Shown here: positions 1-10,649 of the stretch, in pieces
How the letters are laid out: each line of letters opens with the position of its first letter
Position numbering within the stretch: position 1 is the first letter of the stretch
Assembly (NCBI GenBank): GCA_030390025.1
Contig: JASTWF010000346.1
Location: forward strand, 434,001 to 498,000
DNA: 64,000 nucleotides
Origin: Squalus acanthias
Taxonomy: Eukaryota
Direction: 5' to 3'
Made by a program: the position numbers and the translations under genes
The notes under the pieces: generated by a model
Databases searched by the model: none
Seen by the model: only the letters and a program-made list of their open reading frames with translations
Told to the model about the DNA's origin: nothing

Positions 1-2
1 CA

Positions 3-440
3 GGATCTGTTTAACCTGCTCCTGTCAAGGGGACTCGGATCTGTTTAACCTGCTCCTGTCAAGTGGACTCGGATCTGTTTAACCTGCTCCTGTCAAGAGG
101 ACTCGGATCAGTTTAACCTGCTCCTGTCAAGGGGACCCGGATCTGTTTAACCTGCTCCTGTCAAGGGGACTCGGATCAGTTTAACCTGCTCCTGTCAAGG
201 GGACCCGGATCTGTTTAACCTGCTCCTGTCAAGTGGACTCGGATCTGTTTAACCTGCTCCTGTCAAGGGGACTCGGATCAGTTTAACCTGCTCCTGTCAA
301 GTGGACTCGGATCAGTTTAACCTGCTCCTGTCAAGGGGACTCGGATCAGTTTAACCTGCTCCTGTCAAGGGGACTCGGATCAGTTTAACCTGCTCCTGTC
401 AAGTGGACTCGGATCTGTTTAACCTGCTCCTGTCAAGTGG
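3..440. repeat. 34-bp minisatellite (GGATCTGTTTAACCTGCTCCTGTCAAGGGGACTC)n, ~13 copies, probably continuing beyond the window start
   Basis: Unit recurs at 3, 37, 71 and onward with single-base variants. Confidence 0.95.
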
Positions 441-449
441 GGCTAACTT

Positions 450-1505
450 TCATGTTAATGTAAATTTGAAGAGGGAATGCATTTTAAAATTTGCTGCATC
501 AAGCTGCTTTGCAGATATGTGATTCAGCTTGGGAAAAGCAGGAGGGAGCTGGGTTCAGCGCACTAGAACCATACCACCATCGTACTGTGGCAACTGTGTG
601 AAGGAATAAGCCATCTAACCTATTCAGGAAAATACACCATCTTATGAAAGAATTCTGGCCTTATTAAAACATGACAAACTGGGCTTGGAAATCTAGAAAC
701 CTAACTATGAAAAAGCTGTGAAAGCATTCTGGCTATTGAGATAAGATAGTTGTTGACACTGAATCAATAACCTTATTGAAACAGAAGATTAAGGGCTCCA
801 GCAGGCTGGACCTTTCGGAATGAAACAATGGTTCACCATGGATAATGTGTTCTAATTTACACTTCGTAAAGAAGCACATAAAGTAAGGAACATCTGTCCT
901 CGTAAAGATGACATCAAGTAAGAAACACCTGCTGTCTCACCGTTTTTATATGGTAAACTTAGAACACCTAGAGATGAGACACGATTCTGTAATGCTACCA
1001 GCTGAGGTGACTGTAAGAATTTCAGAGGTCAGCAGAAAAATGACTAGAGATAATTAGCTTACATCTGCAGAAAACCTTAAAGGAAATACCACTGGAAAAG
1101 GGTATAAATATTGAACTCTCAAATGGGATAGTAGACTCACTTTAAAGTTGCAAAGCGATTCTCGGCTTCAGAGGTGGCTCTGTAAGTCTCCAACTCTTTG
1201 TACCTCGGGGATCAAAGGTATTTGATTTTGGTGGATATCCTGTAGAACACTAAGAATGGTAAAACTGTAGCGAAGTTAAGATTTGAGAGTAAGGTTCTCT
1301 GATAATAAGATTGTAAGCTTTCTCCTTTTGGAACTGTTAATGTTGTGATTGACTCACCAACTGTAAATTGCATGTCGGTTCTTTAATAAATCTATATATT
1401 TTTAGAATTGTCTCACATAAGACTTCTGTATCAAAAACTCGCAAACTCAATCTCTGTACACTCTTTGGTGAGGAGTTGCAGAATTCTGGGGGCGTTTTCC
1501 GGACC
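450..1505 (+). mobile_element. Possible old LTR remnant with a degenerate tRNA-Pro primer-binding site
   Basis: TATAAATA near 1103, AATAAA near 1385, ...TTGCA ending at 1480, then TGGGGGCGTTTTCCGG at 1487, which partly resembles the Pro PBS TGGGGGCTCGTCCGG. No partner LTR or ORF seen. Confidence 0.3.
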
Positions 1506-1964
1506 TTCATAATATCCGGAACGTTACAGTCTAGCTAAACTTATTAAAAGTGCTATCTGGAGGACGGTAACATTTTCAGGTTGTTCCTTTCCTTTAGGGA
1601 GAGATAGTCCGGACCTTTAGACCCAATTAAGCGTCTTTAGGATTTGGCTACCTCAAACTTTAGTTGAAAGTGAACGTCTGAGAAATACGCCTGATCCGGG
1701 GTAGCCCTAAAGGGGCTAGGACTAGTAATTATCCCTTCAACTGCAGCCAGCAGGGGGTCACTGCTTTCTGGAGATGAGAGGAGAAAACTGATGAGGAATA
1801 TCAAACAAGAAAAGTGAGTCGGGTTTTGTGCGATTTCACCATCCATAGTGTTTATTTCCCCACCCTCTGTGTTATTGGGACACCTTAACCTGATTCCCTC
1901 ACTTTGAAGCAGCCTGGTGAATTTTCCCGCTCGGTCCTAATGCCTGTATCGAGGTGCATTTGAT

Positions 1965-2428
1965 AAAGAAAGGAAGACTTGCATTTATATAGCGCCTTTC
2001 ACGACCACCGAACGTCCCAAAGTGCTTTACAGCCAATGAAGTCATTGTTTGAAGTGTAGTTGCTGTTGTAATGTACGAAATGCAGCAGCCAATTTGTGCT
2101 CAGCAAGCTCCCAGAAACAGCAATGTGTTAATGACCAGATCATCTGTTTTAGTGATGTTCATTGAGGGATAAATATTGGTCAGGACACCGGGGATAACTC
2201 CCCTGCTCTTCTTCGAAATAGTGCCATGGGATCTTTAACATCCACCTGAGAGAGCAGACGGGGCCTCGGTTTAACGTCTCATCTGAAAGACGGCACCTCT
2301 GACAGTGCAGCGCTCCCTCAGTACTGCACTGGGAGTGTCAGCCTAGATTGTTGAGCTCAAGTCCCTGGAGTGGGACTTCAACCCACAACCTTCTGACTCA
2401 GAGGTGAGGGTAGCAAAGTTAGCGACAT
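1965..2428 (-). mobile_element. tRNA-derived SINE, SacSINE1/DeuSINE-like, near full length
   Basis: Reverse complement shows a tRNA-like head (GGTTGTGGGTTGAAGTCCCACTCC), the conserved body and the ...GGCGCTATATAAATGCAAGTCTT tail shared with about 8 other copies in the window. Confidence 0.85.
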
Positions 2429-2759
2429 TCACAGTTCGAATTGCTGTTCTCACTAATGATTATGTGGTTTGGAGACACACAATTTTGCAGTTCAGCAGCG
2501 TGGTGTTTGACCCCCCTGCTCTGGGTCTCCAGCCTCCTTCCTGTCGGACATACTGTGCGAGACGTTCCTGCAGAATGTGCCATGTACACGCAGATTTCAA
2601 ATAATGCAATTGAAGACTAGACACCACATACCATGAACTCCCCCCGTCTCCTTTCACCCTCGGTTGGACTGGCGTGCTATTACTGGAGGTTGGCGTATTC
2701 ATCCAGTGTTTGAATGTCAACCTTATTTTCAGGAATGCCCCAGTATCGACTGATCTCAG

Positions 2760-3290
2760 CTGGGAGGGAGTAGGGGGTCTTACAGTTGGGCTCAGTGCCT
2801 CTGGAATAGCGGGAAGGGAGCAATCAGCCAGGCTTCCTGATCCCGAGCACTATCCAGAAACCCCTTTCCGGAAAGTGTATGTTGGTGGGGGGCGGATCAG
2901 GACAAGATTGGGTTCCAAGTGTGATGCCTCTGTCGTCGAATATCCTGCCAGCACTCACCGCCAAGGCTCACTGTGCCATGTGACCACACGCTAATGTACA
3001 AGTGCAAGTTGCTGGTGTTATATTTCCTTATTGTGAGGATTTTTCAAAGAGTTATTGCTACGCTAAACTATTCTAGTCATTTCCCCCCATAATCTTATCT
3101 CCTCCACTCCCAGAGGTGGCCAGTTACTGGGGTACGGTTCTACAGCAGCCCCCCAATACCTTACCCACGATCGCCGTTGATGTGTGAGCACAAGCAATGA
3201 ATGTCAGTGGGCTATTTGACCAGGATGGGCATCACAGCCGAGCGTGACCCTGTCTTCACTCGACTTCCCGGCAGCGGTCACTGGATGACC
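2760..3290. repeat. Two diverged, oppositely oriented fragments of an unidentified old interspersed repeat (third fragment near 22710-22800)
   Basis: 2850-2990 (+) resembles the reverse complement of 3180-3290 (ATCCAG..ACCC/G..CCGG.AAGT...GTGATGCC...GTC.AATA). Confidence 0.5.
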
Positions 3291-3733
3291 ATCAGGAGCA
3301 GCAGCGGTCACTGGATGACCATCAGCAGCAGGGGTCACTGGATGACCATCATCAGCAGCAGGGGTCACTGGATGACCATCATCAGCAGCAGGGGTCACTG
3401 GATGACCATCAGGAGCAGCAGGGGTCACTGGATGACCATCAGTAGCAGCAGGGGTCACTGGATGACCATCATCAGCAGCAGGGGTCACTGGATGACCATC
3501 AGCAGCAGCAGGGGTCACTGGATGACCATCAGAAGCAGCAGGGGTCACTGGATGACATCCAGTGACCCCTGCTGCTACTAATGGTCATCCAGTGACCCCT
3601 GTTGCTACTGATGGTCATCCAGTGACCCCTGCGGCTGATGATGGTCATCCAGTGACCCCTGCTGCTACTAATGGTCATCCAGTGACCCCTGTTGCTACTG
3701 ATGGTCATCCAGTGACCCCTGCTGCTGCTGATG
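3270..3733. repeat. 30-bp minisatellite (GCAGCAGGGGTCACTGGATGACCATCATCA)n that reverses orientation at 3555
   Basis: About 9.5 forward units followed by about 6 reverse-complement units; junction GGGGTCACTGGATG-A-CATCCAGTGACCCC. Confidence 0.95.
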
Positions 3734-3744
3734 GTGCAGAAACA

Positions 3745-3902
3745 TATTCCTGTTTGTGGGAGCTTGCTGTGCGCAAATTGGCTGCCACGTTTCCTACATT
3801 ACAACAGTGACTATACTTCAAAAAAAGTACTTCATTGGCTGTAAAGTGCTTCGGGACGTCCTGAGGTGGTGAAAGGTGCGATATAAAGACAAGTCTTTCT
3901 TA
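3745..3902 (+). mobile_element. 3' part of a SacSINE1/DeuSINE-like SINE
   Basis: TGTTTGTGGGAGCTTGCTGTGCGCAAATTGGCTGCC...AAGTCTTTCT matches the other copies. Confidence 0.8.
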
Positions 3903-4334
3903 TTTCTATATAGTGTCTGCAGTCAAAAGCTGTGAGGTAGATCAATGGGAAACCAGCTCAGTTACTCCGTGCTGGTAGCTCAGGAATTTGGTTTCGCCCC
4001 AGGACAGGACACAAGTTGAGGCGTCTACAGTTTTGACTCAAAGTCACTCTTAAAAATAAAAGATGTCCGTCTCAGGGGCAAGTGTGCTGTCCGTGAGCCA
4101 CAACTGTCACTTCACTGCCCACCAGCCCAGCAGTATATTTGAGGCTTGAGGGTACATTTGGGGAGCTCGATCAATCATAGATTGTATTGACACAATCTAT
4201 TGGAGGCCCAGTGCTCAGTGCCACAGAGCGGTAAAATGTGGCTTCCAGCTTACAATTCCTCACACAGCGATAACTCGATCTGAATGCTACCATTGGAAAC
4301 ATAAGCAGACTCTTCTTCAATTTGAATTCCATTA

Positions 4335-4870
4335 AGGAACATAGGAACAGGAGGAGGCCATTCAGCCCCTCGAGCCTGTTCCGCCATTCAATGAGATCAT
4401 GGCTGATCTGTATCTTAACTCCATTTACCTGCCTTGGTTCCATATCCCTTAATACCCTTACCCAACAAAAATCTATCGATCTCAGGTTTGAAATTTACAA
4501 TTGGACCCCCGCAGCCTCGACAGCTTTTTGGGGAAGAGAGTTCCAGATTTCTGCTACCCTTTGTGTGAAGGAATGCTTCCGGACACTTCATGTGCGGTGG
4601 AAGCAGATTCTTTAGTAACTTTCAAAAGGGAATTGGATAAATACTTGAAAAGAAACATTTTTCAGGCTCTGGGGAAAGAGCAGGGGGAGTGGGACTAATC
4701 GGAGAGCTCTTTCAAAGAGCCAGCACGGACACGATGGGCCGAATGGCCTCCTTCTGTGCTGTAAGATTCTGTGACAAACACCCCTGAACGGTCTGGCTCT
4801 AATTTTAAGGTTGAACCCCCTGGTTCTGGACTCCCCCCACCAGAGGAAATAGTTTCTCTTTATCTACCCT
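4335..4870. mobile_element. Nested CR1 LINE 3' fragments in both orientations
   Basis: CR1 3'UTR motifs (GGCCGAATGGCCTCCT and its complement) and ORF2 C-terminal FKRELDKYL. Confidence 0.75.
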
Positions 4871-5534
4871 AAGATCATCTTAAACATCTCACTGAATCTA
4901 TCGATGTCTCTTTGCAACTTTCTGCTTCCATCTACACTACTTACTGTGCCACCTCACTTATTGCCAGAGGTTTCGGAGCAGCTCACCAGCTCACCCTCTC
5001 GACTGGGCAATGGTTGGAAATAAAATACCAGAATCTAAAGGGGAAAACATCTTGCAGTCAACATCAGCATACCGTCTCCCAGACAGTGCCAGATCAATGT
5101 ACTGATGGCGGCGGGGAACAACTCGCTCCTTCAGAAGTCTTGCTGCAAAGGGCAGGGTCAGGTTTCCTGGCATTTTACGCTGCTACATCATAGAGTGTGA
5201 TTGAAGGAGACAATAATGTGTGGGCGACCCACACACAGCTGAATCCTGAGCAATCTGTACCTCATCTGTCAAAAATATGCGAGGTCCATGAGCTCCAAGA
5301 AGTGACCGACTCGCAAATCTTTGTGACATTTCCAATTATTCATTCCACAACTCAATCTGATCAAACAGGGCGGAAAAGTGCTTCTGGTTTCTAAACAGTA
5401 CCATCGTCCCCGATGAAATTTAACAGTGGATTAACTCGATGACATAAATCACCGACACTGGCCAGTTCAGGAACATACTGTGCTCGGATTAGGAATGCTT
5501 TTAAAGTCTGGGTGGGTCGGGTAGATACTTATTT

Positions 5535-5800
5535 GGGAACATAAGAACAGAAGAATTAGGAGCAGGAGTCGGCCATTCGGCCCCTCGAACCTGCTCCGCC
5601 ATTCAATAAGATCATGGCTGATCTTCGATCTCAACTCCACTTTCCCGTCCTATCCCCATACCCCTTGATTCCCTGAGTTTCCAAAAATTTGTAAGCGGAA
5701 TAGGGAAATGATGGGGAACTGGGATTGAAAGGTAGAGCTGTAGCTTACAAAAGGGATGGATCAAGCTCGATGGGCTGAATGGCCATCTCTTGTTGCTATG
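5535..5800. mobile_element. CR1 3'-end fragments
   Basis: AGGAGCAGGAGTCGGCCATTCGGCCCCTCGAACCTGCTCCGCCATTCAATAAGATCATGGCTGATC is the reverse complement of the CR1 3'UTR. Confidence 0.7.
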
Positions 5801-5893
5801 TCACTCCAGCGCTGATTTAACAAATAAATCTTTCTGGGGATGTGGGCGTCGCTGGCCAGGCCGGCATTTATTGCCCATCCCTAGTCGCCCCTT

Positions 5894-6323
5894 GGGCAAC
5901 ACGGTGGCATAGTGGTTAGCACTGGTGCCTCACAGCGCCAGAGACCCGGGTTCGAATCTGACCTCGGGTGACTGTCTGTGTGGAGTTTGCACATTCTCCC
6001 CGTGTCTGCGTGGGTTTCCTCCGGGTGCTCCGGTTTCCTCCCACAGTCCAAAAATGTGTGGGTTAGGTTGATTTGGCTATGATAAATTGACCCTTAGTGT
6101 TAGGGGGGATTAAATATGTGGGGTTATGGGGATAGGATGGGATATGTTAGGGGGAATTAAATACGTGGGGTTACGGGGGTAGGGTGGGATATGTGTACTG
6201 TGGGGATTAAAGCAGGGACAGGGTACTGGATTTGGATGATCAGCCATGATCGTATTGAATGGCGGAGCAGGCTCGACGGGCCGAATGGCCTACTCCTGCT
6301 CCTAGATTCTATGTTTCTATGTT
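5894..6323 (+). mobile_element. HE1-like V-SINE with a CR1-derived 3' tail, inserted into a minus-strand LINE 3' end (5830-5893 and 6324-6400)
   Basis: tRNA head with A box TGGCATAGTGG and B box GGTTCGAATC; V-domain GTGTGGAGTTTGCACATTCTCCCCGTGTCTGCGTGGGTTTCCTCCGGGTGCTCCGGTTTCCTCCCACAGTCC; tail ending TTCTATGTTTCTATG. Confidence 0.85.
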
Positions 6324-6399
6324 TTGAGAAGGTGGTGGTGGGCCTTCTTCTTGAACCGCTGCAGTCCGTGTGGTGAAGGTACTCCCACAGTGCTGCTAG

Positions 6400-6752
6400 G
6401 TAAGAAAGAACTTCATTTCTATAGCGCCTCTCACCACCTCAGGACGTCCCAAAGCGCTTTACAGCCAATGAAGTACTATTGAAGTGTAGTCGCTGTTGTA
6501 ATGTAGGAAACGCGGCAGCCAATTTTGCTCTCGGCCGTGCTTTCAACTGTCTAAGCTCTAAGCTCGGGAATTCCCTCCCTAAACCTCTCCGCCTCTCTCC
6601 CTCTCTCTCCTCCTTTAAGATGTTCCTTAAAACCTCCATCTTTGACCAAGCTTTTGGTCACCTGTTCTAATATCTCCTTACGTGACTCCTGTGAAGTGCC
6701 TTGGGACGTTTCACTACATTAAAGGCACTATAGAAATGCAAGTTGTTGTTGT
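6400..6752. mobile_element. Composite of a SINE tail (-) and an L2-like 3' fragment (+)
   Basis: SINE tail motif at 6400-6525, then an L2-type C-terminus (NSLPKPLRLSPSLSSFKMFLKTSIF) and tail ...TATAGAAATGCAAGTTGTTG. Confidence 0.65.
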
Positions 6753-7364
6753 TATATTTTTCTCATGAATTCCCAAGTTTCCCCAACCCTAAATGGATTT
6801 AGTTAATCCGAGCGAGGGGTTCCCCACCCACCCCCCACCTAATTACTGCTGTTAGTTTTGCCTGGTGGGATGCACGGAAGGATTGGTGTAAATGGACGCA
6901 GCTCACACTGTGGATCAGCAAACCGACGTCAGCTCAGATCCCAGGGTCAGTTTGACCTGAGGGGACTCTGACCCCTGAACTCTCAGGCTCCTTCTCAGCC
7001 TGCAGTCAGCCGCAGCACGTGTGAAAATCCTCACCTTTGCCTCTCAGCTCTTTGTAAACTCAGTTCTGCATTTCTTGTAGAACAGAGAGGCTGTTGGTCT
7101 TTGAGCCAGTGAGTCGGAGCTCTGTTTATTGGACTTAGTGTGGCCCGAGGCTATGAAATATCTCTCTCCGACTGAGTGACTGTCTGCGCTCTCTCTCACA
7201 CACAAACATTCTGTGTAAAGGAAGGTTAGAGCTGTAAATATTCCAGCAATACAATGAACATTAATTCACTCAACGGCACAGCCTTTAAGATAAATTTCTG
7301 TAACCTTGAGTTACTGCTTGTCATCGTTGCTTAATGTCGTCGCCTATTCTACTAGTTTAGCAAA

Positions 7365-7829
7365 AATTAGACTTGCATTTCTACAGCATCTTTCACGACC
7401 ACCGGATGTCCCAAAGCGCTTTACAACCAATGAAGTACTTTTTGAAGTGTAGTCACTGTTGTAATGTAGGAAACGCAGCAGCCAATTTGCGCACAGCAAG
7501 CTGCCACAAACTGCAATGTGATAGTGACCAGATCATCTCTTTTTTAGTGATGTTGGTTGAGGGATATATATTGGCGCAAGACACTGGGGATTACTCCCCT
7601 CCCCTTCTTCAAAATAGTGCCATGGGATCTTTTATGTCCACCTGAGGGGGCAGACGGGGCCTCGGTTTAACATCTCATCCGAAAGACGGCACCTCCGACA
7701 GTGCGGCACTCCCTTAGTACTGCAATGGAGTGTCAGCCGAGATTTTTGTGCTCAAGTTTCTGGAGTGAGACTTGAAGCCACGACCTTCTGACTCAGGTGA
7801 GAACGTTACCCACTGAGCCACAGCTGACA
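7365..7829 (-). mobile_element. SacSINE1/DeuSINE-like SINE, full length
   Basis: Same family sequence, from head (TGTCAGCTGTGGCTCAGTGGG on the minus strand) to tail. Confidence 0.85.
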
Positions 7830-7937
7830 ACTTACTGCATTGCCTTGAGAATTGTATTGGACATTACAGTTTGTGGGATCAGACGACAGACATTCCAGTG
7901 TCCACTATTTTAATTTGACTCGAATCTTATTTCTTTT

Positions 7938-8595
7938 ATTTGCGCCCCGTTAGCGCCCCGGCGCAAAGCAACTAGTGCCCGGGCGCGGCACCTGCCTACA
8001 CCTCCCGCGAAATTCCGCGGGAGGTTAGCGGCGGCGCGAACCGGTAGCGCCCTGCGGCGATGCGCCGCCGGCGATGACATCATCGCCGTGTGCAGCGCCC
8101 CGCTCGCGCCCCGACCGTGATCGTCGGGAACGCCCCCTGACTTACCGCCAACGCTATGTCCGACTGGGTAAGGGGCCTACCTGCGGCCGGGGAGGCGCAA
8201 TTTAAAGGCGAGGTGCGGGGCGGTCATTTTTGTTGCTGGCTGCCTGCCAGCACCTGCCGCACTCCCGTCCCCGGCCTCCTGAACAGCACCCCCTGTGGAG
8301 TGCGCTCCAAGAGCCCAGCAATTCTCTTTTGCCGGCACTCCCGATCCTCGGGGGCCCAGCTGGGCTTCGGGACGCGCTGCGCAAGGCCCCTCCCCTTTAA
8401 GAAGGGGAGGAAGGCCTGTAATACCATGGCGCGATGTGTTGTAGCGCGTGGCACTGCAGCACGTAGCGCCGCGATATTGACTCGCAGCGCCCCAAGGGGG
8501 ATGCGGGGCGCTTCCAGGCGCGGGGTCGCTAATTTTTCCGGTGCGCCCTGGCGAAGTTAGCGCCCCAAATGGGGCGTTACTCAATTTTTAGCCCC
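7938..8595. mobile_element. GC/CpG-rich non-autonomous DNA element related to the 8734 and 55300 MITEs; one terminus missing
   Basis: Ends GCGCCCCAAATGGGGCG...AATTTTTAGCCCC like the other two copies; many TTAGCGCC motifs. Confidence 0.6.
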
Positions 8596-8733
8596 AAGTC
8601 TTTCTCTCTTTCTTTATAACAAACTGCTGCACAGAATGGTCTTAACAAGGGAGTCACACCTTTTGTTATCTACACTCCCGAGTTCCTGATCTCAGTCAGG
8701 TCGTCAGCAAGAACTGCAGAACATAGAGTCATA

Positions 8734-9474
8734 GGGATAAAAATTCAGTTGGTTGCGCCTCCCGTTAGCGCCTTAAGAGGGCGCTAATGGGGCGCAAAGC
8801 CGCTAACGCCCGGGCGCAGCGATGTTTGCGCCGCTCGGGAACTTAACTAGAGATTGTGCGGCGGCGCTAAACTTTACCGCTGCGACCACCTGCGCGCGCA
8901 GATTGTGACGTCATTCCATGGTGCAACGCCCTTGTGGCGCCCCGGAGCGGAAATTGAGTGGCGCCCCCTGCCTTACCGTCTGGCGCATCCAACGACCGGA
9001 AAACTGGAACGCTATCAATCGCTGTGGGGCTGGGGGGGGCGCTATTTAAAGGGGGCCTCTTCCTGTCTTTTTTTGTGGTTGACATTTTTGCACCACTCGT
9101 TCTGAGAGAGAGAGAGAGATTCGGAGAGAGAGAAAGAGAGACTTCTGCATTGAGTCAACGCTTTGTGAGGTAGTTTTGCCTACTGCTCCAAAAAGTTGGC
9201 CCCCCCCCGCTTTAAGAACTGGCCAGCGCCAGTGTGTCTGTGTTCCCTCGCTAACTGGCAGAACCTGCGCTGCGCTCGCGCGCTGAGTTAGCGCCTCACT
9301 GCTCGGCCTTTGCGCCTTAAGACAGGTGTGCAGCGCCTGATTTAGCGCTGCACTCACCTCCCGGGGCGGTAAAAGTGAAGTTTCCAGTCAGTGGCGATAA
9401 TTAGCGCCAGGCGCTAATATTTGCGTCCAGACGATATTTGCGCCCCAAATGGGGCGCGACCTAATTTTTCCCCC
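8734..9474. mobile_element. PIF/Harbinger-like MITE, copy 1
   Basis: Imperfect TIRs GGGATAAAAATT...AATTTTTCCCCC; 3-bp TSD ATA; high similarity to 55300-56194; sits inside the (CATAGAGT)n tail of a CR1. Confidence 0.75.
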
Positions 9475-9939
9475 ATAGAGTCATAACGGCACAGAAGGAG
9501 GCCATTCAGCCCATCGAGTCCGTGCCGGCTCTCTCTAGAGCAATCCAGTCAGTCCCATTCCCCCGCTCTATCCCCGTAGCCCGTAAGTTTATTTCCCTCA
9601 AGTGCCTATCCAGTCTCCCCTTGAAAACACTGAGTGTCTCCGCTTCCACCACTTCCGTCGGCAGCGAGTTCCAGGTCCTTACCACTCGCTGCGTAAAAAA
9701 GTTTTTCCTCACATCCTCCCGTATCTCTTGCCCAAAACCTTAAATCTGTGTCCCCTAGTCCTTGTACCATCAACTAGTGGGAACAGTCTTTCCCCATCTA
9801 GCCTATCCAAACCCGTCATAATCTTGTACACCTCTATCAAATCACCCCTCAACCTCCTTTGCTCTAATGAAAACAAATCCAGCTTCTCCAACCTGTCCTT
9901 GTAGCTAAGATTCCCCATCCCCGAAACCATTCTGGTAAA
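9475..9939 (-). mobile_element. Older CR1 LINE, 3' portion (continues at 14682-15145; tail remnant at 8721-8733)
   Basis: Minus-strand translation LEKLDLFSLEQRRLRGDLIEVYKIM...RTRGHRFK and [15 protein letters not shown]. Confidence 0.9.
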
Positions 9940-10350
9940 GGTAGGCCTCAGACCAGCGTCGACAGCGGGGGAGGAGGAGCCTTTCTTTCTCTCTCCCACA
10001 GAGCGGTCGGCAGCGGGGAAGGAGGAGAGGACCTGGTTGGAGCGGCGGGAGCGGCGGCGAGTCAATAAAGGGAGGCCCGAGGCTCAGGTAGGCCTCAGAC
10101 CAGCGTCGACAGCGGGGGAGGAGGAGCCTTTCTTTCTCTCTCCCACAGAGCGGTCGGCAGCGGGGAAGGAGGAGCGGACCTGGTTGGAGCGGCGGGAGCG
10201 GCGGCGAGTCAATAAAGGGAGGCCCGAGGCTCAGGTAGGCCTCAGACCAGCGTCGACAGCGGGGGAGGAGGAGCCTTTCTTTCTCTCTCCCACAGAGCGG
10301 TCGGCAGCGGGGAAGGAGGAGCGGACCTGGTTGGAGCGGCGGAGGCCTGA
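9940..10350 (+). repeat. 147-bp tandem monomers in the CR1 5'UTR (~2.7 copies)
   Basis: GGTAGGCCTCAGACC starts at 9940, 10087 and 10234; units near identical and CpG-rich. Confidence 0.92.
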
Positions 10351-10649
10351 GGTGAGTCATTAAACTCACCTACGTGGCCTTTTTCCCCAGCGGGGAAAGA
10401 GCTTCGCGGGCTTTTTCAAAGGCAGGGGGCGGGGCCAATTCATTGGTACCCGTATATAGGTGGAGGGGTTGCTAAACCCGAGACACTACACTAGTAGTGA
10501 CTCGCACCCTCCCACCTCCTCTAACCTTTAGGGGTAGAGGGAATTTAAAAGGTAGGTTCGATTTTATATTTTGTTTTCAGGGACTTAACTCCTGGACCTA
10601 AGATAAATAAGTTTAAATTTTAGTAATAAAGTAACATAAGGGTTAAGTC

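Noticed and set aside
5894..5965. tRNA gene
   Set aside because: The A and B boxes belong to a SINE head that continues into the V-domain; the same applies to the SacSINE-like heads
7025..7200. Possible minus-strand first exon or promoter (donor-like site at ~7034; CCAAT, FOX and AP-1-like motifs)
   Set aside because: Short motifs only; no downstream exon could be identified
7938..9474. CpG-island promoter of a host gene
   Set aside because: The CpG richness is explained by TIR-bounded repeats, with another copy at 55300
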